32,000 nt of DNA from assembly GCF_001306055.1 (NCBI RefSeq), contig NZ_LGHJ01000022.1:1-32000 (forward strand). Direction: 5' to 3'. Shown here piece by piece: positions 7,717 to 15,596 of this stretch. Below the pieces are notes generated by a model that saw only the letters and a list, made by a program, of their open reading frames with translations, had not been told where the DNA came from and searched no databases. The translations under genes and the position numbers were made by a program. The stretch comes from Bellilinea caldifistulae (GTDB lineage: Bacteria > Chloroflexota > Anaerolineae > Anaerolineales > Anaerolineaceae). Position 1 is the first letter of the stretch; each line of letters begins with the position of its first letter.

Positions 7717-7860
7717 TTATCCGCCGGTAGCAATCTGGTCGTCCAGCAGAATTTCGATTGTTTCCTCGTCCAAATTTAATACAATCGGAAGTACAGGCGT
7801 GGATGGGGTCGGAATGGTATCGTCAGTGTTTCGAATATCATTTTCATTGTCAGGATTCAT
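7717..7860 (-). CDS. small acidic hypothetical protein (47 aa), below the ORF-track length cutoff
   Basis: ATG at 7860 lies 5 nt after GGAGGT (7872-7867). Translation: MNPDNENDIRNTDDTIPTPSTPVLPIVLNLDEETIEILLDDQIATGG*. It sits between the argH stop and the terminator at 7649-7686. Confidence 0.4.
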   Translation of the reverse strand: MNPDNENDIRNTDDTIPTPSTPVLPIVLNLDEETIEILLDDQIATGG

Positions 7861-7888
7861 GGCTTACCTCCGTACATTTTGATTATTC

Positions 7889-7917
7889 ATCCTAACAGCC
7901 TTAAGAGCAGGAGTCAA
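7889..7917 (-). promoter_or_regulatory. weak candidate internal promoter in front of the small ORF
   Basis: Minus strand: TTGACT (7917-7912), 17 nt, TAGGAT (7894-7889). Confidence 0.25.
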
Positions 7918-7926
7918 GGATGTTTG

Positions 7927-9306
7927 TCAGCGCAATTTTTGAAGGATTTTACGCGCCTGGATAATCTGGTTTTTAACCGAGGTGGAAGAAGTTCCTCCAA
8001 ATTGAGCGCGCCGTTCAACGGCGTGACGAGGATCAAGCAATTCGGCAAATTGATCTGGAAGGCTTTCGTGGATTTTTCCAAGTTGTTCTGCGGAAGCCTG
8101 CAAGAGGGTAATTCCCTGATTGGCACAATCCCTGATTAGTTCGCCTACAAGGCGGTGTGCTTTTCGGAAGGGAATGCCCTGCATGACCAGAAAGTCGGCG
8201 ATTTCGGTTGCCAGCAGAGCAGGGTCAAGACTGGCAGAGAGATTCTGGGGGATCACCTTCAGATTTTGAAGTATGCCGGAGATGACCGGTAAGATCAGGC
8301 TGAGGTGATCAAAAGCACTGAAGACTGCCGGTTTGTCTTCCTGCAGGTCTTTATCATAAGCGGATGGCAAGTTCTTAAGCACACTCAAAAATCCGGTCAA
8401 TTGTCCGATGGTTACGCCGGCTTTGGCGCGGGTCAGTTCCAGCATGTCGGGGTTTTTCTTTTGAGGCATGATGGATGAACCGGTAGTATAGGCATCGGGC
8501 AATTCCACAAAACCAAATTCGGTTGTGGAGAATAAAATGAGTGCTTCGGCGAGGCGTGAAAGATGAACGGTGAGGAGGGATGCAAAGAACAGAAAAGAAG
8601 CAGCCGCATCCCGGCTGGAAACGGCATCAATGCTGTTGGGAAAAGGCGCATTAAAACCCAATTTTTTAGCCAGACGAAAACGGTTGATCGGATAAGGACA
8701 TCCGGCTAAGGCAGAAGACCCCAGCGGGCAGAAGTTGGCTTGTTGCAGCAGAAAGTCCAGATACTGCCGGTCGCGTTGGAGTGGATAAAAATGAGAAAGC
8801 CACCAGTGGGAGAGAAGGATTGGCTGGGCACGCTGTAAATGCGTGTAGCCAGAGACGATCAATCCCAAATCCAACTCGGCTCGATCAATCAGGGCTTTTT
8901 GCACATCTTGAATGGCTGTATCGAGAAAACTGCCAGATTCGCGCAGCCAGAGGTAAAAGTCGGTCATGACCTGGTCATTGCGGCTTCGTCCGGTGTGAAG
9001 CTTACCTGCCGGCTCACCAATCAGTTCAAACAGCCGGCGTTCGATGGCGGTGTGGACATCCTCATCGTCGGGTTGAATCTGAAAAGTATGGTTTTGAATC
9101 TCGGTTGTAATTTGCTGCAACCCGCTTTGAATTTGTTGGAGTTCTTCAGCGGACAAAATGTCGATTTCAGCCAGTTCTTCGGCCCACACAGCGGATGCTC
9201 TCACATCAAAGGGGGCCAGCCGCCAGTCGAACGCAATGGATGCGTTCAACCGGGCGGCAAGCGAGTCGGTTTGAGAAGAGAAGCGTCCTCCCCACAATTT
9301 GGTCAC
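7927..9306 (-). CDS. argH: argininosuccinate lyase
   Basis: Fumarate-lyase signature GSSIMPQKKNPD and N-terminal KLWGGRF. The track start 9312 is TTG. GTG 9306 lies 6 nt after AGGAG (9317-9313) and gives the canonical MTKLWGGRF. Confidence 0.95.
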   Translation of the reverse strand: MTKLWGGRFSSQTDSLAARLNASIAFDWRLAPFDVRASAVWAEELAEIDILSAEELQQIQSGLQQITTEIQNHTFQIQPDDEDVHTAIERRLFELIGEPAGKLHTGRSRNDQVMTDFYLWLRESGSFLDTAIQDVQKALIDRAELDLGLIVSGYTHLQRAQPILLSHWWLSHFYPLQRDRQYLDFLLQQANFCPLGSSALAGCPYPINRFRLAKKLGFNAPFPNSIDAVSSRDAAASFLFFASLLTVHLSRLAEALILFSTTEFGFVELPDAYTTGSSIMPQKKNPDMLELTRAKAGVTIGQLTGFLSVLKNLPSAYDKDLQEDKPAVFSAFDHLSLILPVISGILQNLKVIPQNLSASLDPALLATEIADFLVMQGIPFRKAHRLVGELIRDCANQGITLLQASAEQLGKIHESLPDQFAELLDPRHAVERRAQFGGTSSTSVKNQIIQARKILQKLR

Positions 9307-9320
9307 GATCAACTCCTGAA

Positions 9321-10592
9321 TTAATCTCGTTTGAATTTGGTGTAATCGGGCTGGTCGTACTGAGCGGGTTGCTTTTTGTGAATTTTGCGCAGTGCCTGAA
9401 CCTTCATGGGCAGCCCAAATAGCGTGATAAATCCCTGCGCATCTTTTTGATTATATACATCATCTTGCCCAAAGGTTGCAAAGTCTTCCCGGTATAAACT
9501 TTCCGGACTCGTGCGCCCGGCAACGATGATATTGCCCTTGTACAATTTGAGTTTTACCGTTCCGGTTACTGTTTCCTGCGTCTTGTTGATAAATTCATCC
9601 AGGGCTTCACGCAAGGGGGTAAACCACTGTCCGTTATAGACTAATTCTGCATAGCGGTGGGCTATGATTTCTTTGAAGTGGAGTGTGTCCCGATCAAGAC
9701 ACAGCCCTTCCAGTTCCTGATGGGCTGCTAAAAGGATTGTGCCGCCGGGGGTCTCATATACGCCATGCGATTTCATGCCCACCAACCGGTTTTCTACCAG
9801 ATCCACCCTGCCGATAGCGTGTTTCCCGCCAATTTCATTCAGGGCAACAATCAGTTCGTGAATGGGCATCTTGTTACCATTCAACCGGCTTGGGATTCCT
9901 TTTTCAAAATCGAGAGTGATTGTTTCAGGTTGATCGGGTGCATTCAGCGGAGAGTTGCTCATCTGGTACATGCTTTCTTCCGGCTCGTTCCAGGGGTCTT
10001 CGAGCAACCCACCCTCATGGGATAAGTGCCATAGATTTTTATCTCGGCTGTAAATGGATTTGAGGGTGGATGAAACCGGGATGTTGTGGGATTGCGCATA
10101 AGCCAGTGCGTCTTCGCGAGAGCGAATGTTCCATTCTCGCCACGGCGCAATCACTTTCAGGCGGGGGTCAAGCGCCATGGCGGTCAGCTCGAAACGCACT
10201 TGATCATTACCCTTGCCGGTGCAGCCATGAGCGATGGCATCAGCTCCTTCTTTGTGGGCAGTTTTCACCAGATGATAGGCGATCAACGGGCGTGCGATGG
10301 ATGTCCCCAGCAGGTATTTTCGCTCGTAAATTGCACCAGATTTCAAAAGCGGCATCAAATAGTCGCGGGCAAATTCTTCTTTGAGATCCTCGATGTAGAT
10401 TTTGCTTGCCCCGCTGGCTTTGGCTTTGGCAGGTAAACCGGAAAGTTCTTCCCCCTGACCGATATCCGCAGTGTAGCAGACCACCTCACAACCATAGTTT
10501 TCAATCAGCCATGGAACAATTACTGAGGTGTCCAACCCCCCCGAATAAGCCAGCACCACTTTTTTGATTTTTGATTTTCCATTCTTTTTCAT
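9321..10592 (-). CDS. argG: argininosuccinate synthase
   Basis: [12 protein letters not shown]-binding motif, [13 protein letters not shown], and full-length similarity to type I ArgG. ATG 10592 follows AAGGAGAA. There is roughly a 20-aa C-terminal tail beyond the usual end. Confidence 0.95.
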   Translation of the reverse strand: MKKNGKSKIKKVVLAYSGGLDTSVIVPWLIENYGCEVVCYTADIGQGEELSGLPAKAKASGASKIYIEDLKEEFARDYLMPLLKSGAIYERKYLLGTSIARPLIAYHLVKTAHKEGADAIAHGCTGKGNDQVRFELTAMALDPRLKVIAPWREWNIRSREDALAYAQSHNIPVSSTLKSIYSRDKNLWHLSHEGGLLEDPWNEPEESMYQMSNSPLNAPDQPETITLDFEKGIPSRLNGNKMPIHELIVALNEIGGKHAIGRVDLVENRLVGMKSHGVYETPGGTILLAAHQELEGLCLDRDTLHFKEIIAHRYAELVYNGQWFTPLREALDEFINKTQETVTGTVKLKLYKGNIIVAGRTSPESLYREDFATFGQDDVYNQKDAQGFITLFGLPMKVQALRKIHKKQPAQYDQPDYTKFKRD

Positions 10593-10628
10593 GTTTTATT
10601 CTCCTTTACCTTTGGATTTATTTTTGGA

Positions 10629-10661
10629 ATAAAAAATGCCCTCCACGGTTTGGAGGGCATT
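10629..10661 (-). terminator. canonical intrinsic terminator located inside the argG 5' leader (attenuator candidate; also terminates acnA read-through)
   Basis: Minus strand reads AATGCCCTCC-AAACCGT-GGAGGGCATT followed by TTTTTT. The stem is 10635-10644 / 10652-10661. The U-tract ends ~38 nt before the argG ATG. Confidence 0.7.
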
Positions 10662-10805
10662 GGATTACAGAATGATGATTCGGTGTGATCTCTTACTGAA
10701 TAACCCCAAAAGCGCCAACCATCCCGTGGAAGAAGGGATCGGTTAGCGGACGACGGAAGCGGAGTTCGGAAGAGATAGAGATCATTTCAGGAAACCCATT
10801 TGTTG
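10662..10805 (-). promoter_or_regulatory. structured argG leader RNA (unclassified)
   Basis: It lies between the promoter and the terminator. It has a 13-bp bulged hairpin (CGCTAACC-G-ATCCC / GGGATGGTTGGCG, 10713-10748), an 8-bp long-range helix (10777-10784 with 10686-10693), and a 30-codon uORF (10693-10785) carrying CGC-TTC-CGT-CGT. Confidence 0.4.
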
Positions 10806-10811
10806 TGCATG

Positions 10812-10840
10812 ATGATACGCAAGTTTGACTAATTTGTCAA
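10812..10840 (-). promoter_or_regulatory. near-consensus sigma-70-type promoter for the argG leader
   Basis: Minus strand: TTGACA (10840-10835), 17 nt, TATCAT (10817-10812). It starts 4 nt after the acnA stop codon. Confidence 0.55.
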
Positions 10841-10843
10841 TAA

Positions 10844-13555
10844 TCAATTTTGCAAGTTTTCCAGAGTTCGCCGATGCAATTGGGAAAGGATGGTATTCAT
10901 GATTCCGCCGTTCAGATAGTACTGAATTTCTTTGGGCGTATCCAGCCGGACAATTGCCGGAAAGGTGACAATTTTCGCGCCTGAGCGGGCTTCCACAATG
11001 ACCTCTTTTCCGGGATACAATTCCGGCCCAATACCTTTGATGGCGAAGATTTCATCCCCTTTCAGACCGAGGGCCTGGGCATTTTGACCGTTTTTAAATT
11101 GGAGCGGGAGCACGCCCATGCCTGCCAGATTGGAACGGTGGATGCGCTCAAAGGACTCGGCAATGACGGCTTTAACTCCTAATAATAATACCCCTTTAGC
11201 AGCCCAATCCCGGCTGGAACCCGTGCCATATTCTTTTCCAGCCAGAATGATTAGCGGGACGCCTTCAGATTGGTAACGCATGGCTGCATCGTAAATGGTC
11301 ATTTGTTCACCGCTGGGAAAGTGGCGGGTAAACCCACCTTCGACACCGGGTACCAGCTGATTTTTCAGGCGTATGTTGGCGAAAGTTCCGCGTGTCATCA
11401 CCCGGTCATTGCCGCGCCTGGAACCATAGGAGTTAAACTCGGAGGGTGGCACGCCTTTGCTGATCAGATACTGTCCAGCCGGACTGTTGACGGCGATACT
11501 CCCTGCCGGCGAGATGTGATCGGTGGTGATTGAATCACCAAGCAGAGCCAGCACTCGTGCGTTGAGGATGTCCTCGCCTCCGGAAGGTTGAATGTTGAAG
11601 AAAGGTGGTTCCTGCAAATAGGTCGAGTTTTCGTCCCACTGGTAGAGCAAATCTTCACCGCTTTGAATCTGGTTCCATAGCTCGCTCATCTGGAAGATGG
11701 CGGCATAGGCATCGGTAAACATTTCAGGGCGGATATGGCGGTGAATGTGTTCTTCCACTTCCTGAGAGGAAGGCCAGATGTCTTTCAGGAAAACTGGCTG
11801 GCCGTCTTTGCCTGTGCCGAGTGGTTCGTTCAGCAAATCAATATCTACGCTTCCGGCTAATGCATATGCCACGACCAGGGGGGGAGAAGCTAAAAAGTTG
11901 GCGCGGGTGTGAGGACTGATGCGACCTTCAAAATTGCGATTGCCGGATAAGACCGCACCCACTACCAGATTGTTCTCTTTAATGGCTTGCACGATGGGTT
12001 CGGGTAGGGGACCGGCGTTTCCGATGCAGGTGGTGCAGCCATAACCGACCAGATAGAATCCCAAGGCTTCCAGGTCATCCATTAAACCGGCGTCTTTAAG
12101 ATAATCTGTAACCACGCGTGAACCGGGCGCCAGGGAGGTTTTGACGTAGGGTTTGACTTTCAGCCCCTTTTCAACTGCCTTTTTGGCAAGCAAACCGGCA
12201 CTCATCATCACGAATGGATTGGAAGTGTTGGTGCAGGAAGTAATTGCGGCTATGACCACTGACCCATGTTTCAACTCACTGGTTTTTCCGTTGCTTGGGA
12301 TAACTGCACTTCTCCCAAGTTCTTCGGGCGGAATACCAAACCCATTTTCAGTCTTGGGTGCGGTGAGCGAACGCTGAAAAACGCTGCGGACTTCAGACAA
12401 AGGGATACGGTCCTGCGGGCGGCGTGGACCCGCCACGGATGGCTCAATCGCCGAGAGGTCTACTTCCAGCACATAGGTATATTCCGGGTCAGGAGTTGAG
12501 GATGTGCGGAAGAGCATTTGGGCCTGATAGTAGGCTTCAACCAGTTCCACCAACGATTCAGGCCGGTTGGTTAATCTCAGGTAGTCCAGGGTGTGATGAT
12601 CCACAGGGAAATAAAGGATGGTCGCACCGCTTTCCGGAGCCATATTGGCAATCATTGCCCGGTCAGCAAGGGCGAGATGATCCAGGCCCGGGCCGAAAAA
12701 TTCCACAAATTTATCCACAACCCCTAATTTTCTTAAGGATTGGATGATAAAGAGGGTCAGGTCGGTTGGGGTTACACCCTCGCGCAACTTGCCACTGAGG
12801 CGGACGCCAATCACATCTGGTGCGACAATTTCAATTGGCTCGCCCAGCATGGCGGCGACGGCTTCAATGCCGCCGACTCCCCAGCCAACCACGCCCAATC
12901 CGTTGATCATGGTCGTGTGAGAGTCGGTACCCACCAGTGTATCCGGGAAGACGATGGTGGAACCTTCTTCTTCGCGGGTCAGGACGACGGTGGCCAGATA
13001 TTCCAGATTGACCTGATGAACGATACCGGAGGCTGGCGGGACTATACGAAGATTCTTAAAGGCTTTTTGCGCCCAATGAAGAAATTCATACCTTTCGCGG
13101 TTGCGCTGAAATTCCAGCTCGGCATTCAGCCGGTAAGCATCAGGATTGGCGTAGTAATCAACCTGAATTGAATGATCAATGACCAGGTCAACCTGGACAA
13201 CCGGGTTAACTTTCCGAGGATCATCTTTCATTCTCGCAAGGGCGGAGCGCATTGCCGCCAAATCGTTAATGACCGGAACACCGGTAAAGTCCTGAAGCAC
13301 CACCCGGCCGGGAAAAATGGGGATGGTGGGCCGGTTTTCTTGTCTGGGCTGCCAATTTAGTAAATTTTGTAAGTCCGCGGAAGTGGCTTCACCGGTTTGC
13401 TGCTTGCGGAGAACCCCTTCTAACAAAATTCGAATTGAAAAGGGAAGGCGGTTTAAATTTTCAATGGTTGCGCCGGGAACATTCAGCAAAGGGAAGAAAA
13501 AATATTCTTTATCAATTACTTTCAGGATTGCGCGGCTGAAATGATCAATGGTCAT
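10844..13555 (-). CDS. acnA: aconitate hydratase A (monomeric aconitase/IRP family)
   Basis: 903 aa with IRP/AcnA-type layout: LPFSIRILLE, VLQDFTGVP, GTDSHTTM, ITSCTNTSNP, GCTTCIGN, SGNRNFEGR, and the C-terminal swivel domain GKEYGTGSSRDWAAKG. RBS AGAGAGGG lies upstream. Confidence 0.95.
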   Translation of the reverse strand: MTIDHFSRAILKVIDKEYFFFPLLNVPGATIENLNRLPFSIRILLEGVLRKQQTGEATSADLQNLLNWQPRQENRPTIPIFPGRVVLQDFTGVPVINDLAAMRSALARMKDDPRKVNPVVQVDLVIDHSIQVDYYANPDAYRLNAELEFQRNRERYEFLHWAQKAFKNLRIVPPASGIVHQVNLEYLATVVLTREEEGSTIVFPDTLVGTDSHTTMINGLGVVGWGVGGIEAVAAMLGEPIEIVAPDVIGVRLSGKLREGVTPTDLTLFIIQSLRKLGVVDKFVEFFGPGLDHLALADRAMIANMAPESGATILYFPVDHHTLDYLRLTNRPESLVELVEAYYQAQMLFRTSSTPDPEYTYVLEVDLSAIEPSVAGPRRPQDRIPLSEVRSVFQRSLTAPKTENGFGIPPEELGRSAVIPSNGKTSELKHGSVVIAAITSCTNTSNPFVMMSAGLLAKKAVEKGLKVKPYVKTSLAPGSRVVTDYLKDAGLMDDLEALGFYLVGYGCTTCIGNAGPLPEPIVQAIKENNLVVGAVLSGNRNFEGRISPHTRANFLASPPLVVAYALAGSVDIDLLNEPLGTGKDGQPVFLKDIWPSSQEVEEHIHRHIRPEMFTDAYAAIFQMSELWNQIQSGEDLLYQWDENSTYLQEPPFFNIQPSGGEDILNARVLALLGDSITTDHISPAGSIAVNSPAGQYLISKGVPPSEFNSYGSRRGNDRVMTRGTFANIRLKNQLVPGVEGGFTRHFPSGEQMTIYDAAMRYQSEGVPLIILAGKEYGTGSSRDWAAKGVLLLGVKAVIAESFERIHRSNLAGMGVLPLQFKNGQNAQALGLKGDEIFAIKGIGPELYPGKEVIVEARSGAKIVTFPAIVRLDTPKEIQYYLNGGIMNTILSQLHRRTLENLQN

Positions 13556-13590
13556 GGCTGCCCTCTCTTGGCGAATGAATTGGATAATGT

Positions 13591-13661
13591 GGGATTATAA
13601 TCTCAACATTTTTGGACTTCAAGTTTTTTTCGATAAATCCTTTTCGCGGCGGGATTATAAT
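13591..13661. repeat. two exact copies of GGGATTATAAT spaced 60 bp apart in the acnA / kinase divergent region
   Basis: Copies at 13591-13601 and 13651-13661. Each contains the self-complementary ATTATAAT, so each offers a TATAAT box on both strands. Confidence 0.8.
13594..13622 (-). promoter_or_regulatory. candidate acnA promoter
   Basis: Minus strand: TTGAAG (13622-13617), 17 nt, TATAAT (13599-13594). This leaves ~30 nt of leader containing the RBS. Confidence 0.4.
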
Positions 13662-13665
13662 TTTG

Positions 13666-14853
13666 ATGATGAATAAATCATCCGATTCGCAAATTCGCAC
13701 CAGCAGTGATGCCGATTTAGCCTTTGCAGTGGTTGTGTTGGCGTCCTTTTTTGCGACCTTCAGTTCAATGAAGGCTGCAACACCGCTTGAAATCATCCTG
13801 ATGATTGTGTTGGGCACCACCTATTTGACAATTGGAATTTATGGTTTCGCATTTTGTGCGAAATCGCAAAATTTGTTGTTGAGCATTGGCTATTTTATCG
13901 TTCAGATTTTACTGGGAGCCTGGATTGTGTATTTGGGGCGAGGTGCGGGTTTTAATGCCATGGTTTTGTTGCCGCTTGCCGGTCATGCGGTAATATTACT
14001 TCCACAGAGAATCAGTTATTTTGCCCAATTTTCTATCTTGCTGGCTTATGTTGGGGCGGTTTACGCATTTGCGGATAATTTACAAGCAGTTTGGGAAGGA
14101 TTACCGATCTTTTTTGCCGGGTTAGTGTTCATTGTCGTATTTACTCAAATGGCTTTGAACGAAGAGGCTTCCCGTCGTGAAGTGGAACGCCTGGTGGGGG
14201 AGTTGACACAGGCAAACCAGCAACTGCGCGATTATGCGGCGCAGATCGAAGATCTGGCCATTATCAAAGAACGCAATCGGCTGGCGCGCGAAATTCACGA
14301 TGGGCTGGGGCACTACCTCACCAGTATTCACATGCAGATCAAAGCAGCCAATGCACTGATGATAAATGATCCGCAAAAATCGGCTGAGCATCTACAAAAA
14401 GCGATCTCTCTCACGCAGGAAGCCCTTTCGGATGTTCGTCAATCGGTTGGAACCCTGCGCAGTCAACCCTATCAGGATATTCCCCTTGAGAAGATCATCC
14501 CGCAATTGCTCGAAAGCGCAAAATCCTTTGGCATTGAACCTGAACTTCAGGTGATTGGGGTGGGGCGCGAATTGAACGCTACAACTTATTGGACTCTTTA
14601 CCGGGCAGTTCAGGAGGGGATTTCCAACGCCTGTAAGCATTCCAAAGCCCGGAATTTATCCGTATGTCTGGATTATTCTTCCCCGGAGTGGGTCGTTTTG
14701 ACTCTTCAGGATGACGGTGTGGGAGTTGATGAATTGAAAGAAGGTTTTGGTTTGATGGGGTTAAGGGAACGTGTTCAAATTGTGGGTGGATATTTTCAGC
14801 TTTTAGAAAACCCTTCAAAGGGATTTGGTTTTAGAATCAAGGTGCCAGCATGA
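13666..14853 (+). CDS. sensor histidine kinase, HisKA_3 (NarL/LiaS/DesK-type) with ~6 N-terminal TM helices
   Basis: H-box REIHDGLGHYLTSI, N-box EGISNACKHS, DDGVG and GFGLMGLRERV. The track start 13612 is TTG. ATG 13666/13669 (MMNKSSD) is more plausible. There is no extracellular domain, so this is the intramembrane-sensing type. Confidence 0.85.
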   Translation: MMNKSSDSQIRTSSDADLAFAVVVLASFFATFSSMKAATPLEIILMIVLGTTYLTIGIYGFAFCAKSQNLLLSIGYFIVQILLGAWIVYLGRGAGFNAMVLLPLAGHAVILLPQRISYFAQFSILLAYVGAVYAFADNLQAVWEGLPIFFAGLVFIVVFTQMALNEEASRREVERLVGELTQANQQLRDYAAQIEDLAIIKERNRLAREIHDGLGHYLTSIHMQIKAANALMINDPQKSAEHLQKAISLTQEALSDVRQSVGTLRSQPYQDIPLEKIIPQLLESAKSFGIEPELQVIGVGRELNATTYWTLYRAVQEGISNACKHSKARNLSVCLDYSSPEWVVLTLQDDGVGVDELKEGFGLMGLRERVQIVGGYFQLLENPSKGFGFRIKVPA

Positions 14854-15506
14854 ATCCAAAGATAAAAATACTTCTGGTGGACGATCAGGCCCTTTTTCGA
14901 GAAGGGCTAAGGACATTGCTGGATTTGCAGCCTGATTTTGAGGTGGTGGGGGAGGCATCTCAAGGTGAAGAAGCCTTGCGCATGGCAGTCAATCTGAGCC
15001 CAAATGTGATTTTGATGGATTTAAGAATGCCGGTCATGGATGGAGTGACTGCCACAAGGCGTATCAAAGACAGTTTACCGCAGTGCAAGGTTATTGTGCT
15101 GACAACCTTTGACGACGACGAAGATGTTTTTGAAGGATTGCGTGCGGGTGCGGTGGGTTATTTGCTGAAAGATGTCTCGTCTGAAAAATTGTATGAGGCG
15201 ATTCGCTCGGCGGCGCGTGGAGAATATTTTTTACTGCCATCCATTACTGCCAAAGTCATGGCTGAGTTTTCCCGCTTATCAAGGCCGGCAAGAACTTCTC
15301 TCGATGAAATTGGGGTTAAATTATCCTCACGGGAATTGGAAGTGCTGAGGCTGGTTGCTCAGGGTGCCAGTAATAAGGAGATTGCTGACACACTGGTAAT
15401 AGCGGAAGGAACGGTCAAAAATCACTTGACGAACATCCTTGCAAAACTGGATGCACGCGATCGAATGCAGGCGGTCTTAAGAGCCCGTGAGTTGGGGTTG
15501 ATTTGA
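14850..15506 (+). CDS. response regulator, NarL/LuxR family (REC + LuxR-type HTH)
   Basis: ILLVDDQ...MDLRMPVMDG receiver motifs. The C-terminal LSSRELEVLRLVAQGASNKEIADTLVIAEGTVKNHLTNIL is a LuxR HTH. ATGA overlap with the kinase stop. Confidence 0.9.
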   Translation: MNPKIKILLVDDQALFREGLRTLLDLQPDFEVVGEASQGEEALRMAVNLSPNVILMDLRMPVMDGVTATRRIKDSLPQCKVIVLTTFDDDEDVFEGLRAGAVGYLLKDVSSEKLYEAIRSAARGEYFLLPSITAKVMAEFSRLSRPARTSLDEIGVKLSSRELEVLRLVAQGASNKEIADTLVIAEGTVKNHLTNILAKLDARDRMQAVLRARELGLI

Positions 15507-15596
15507 CCGATTTGGAATGTGACCACAAATATGACTTGTGCTGGATGTGCATTCAGATGGTGAGAGGTATGATTGGAAAAATTCCAGGAGGAAATT

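Noticed and set aside
8433-10436. Plus- and minus-strand ORFs inside argH and argG (for example 8839-9324, 9765-10025, 10070-10436)
   Set aside because: They lie fully inside two unambiguous, motif-bearing biosynthetic genes. The translations are Arg/Gly/Pro-rich, typical of antisense reading of coding DNA.
11270-13820. Many plus-strand ORFs within acnA, and minus ORF 13545-13820
   Set aside because: The acnA frame is continuous for 903 codons with all aconitase motifs. ORF 13545-13820 is antisense to the kinase N-terminus and spans the promoter region.
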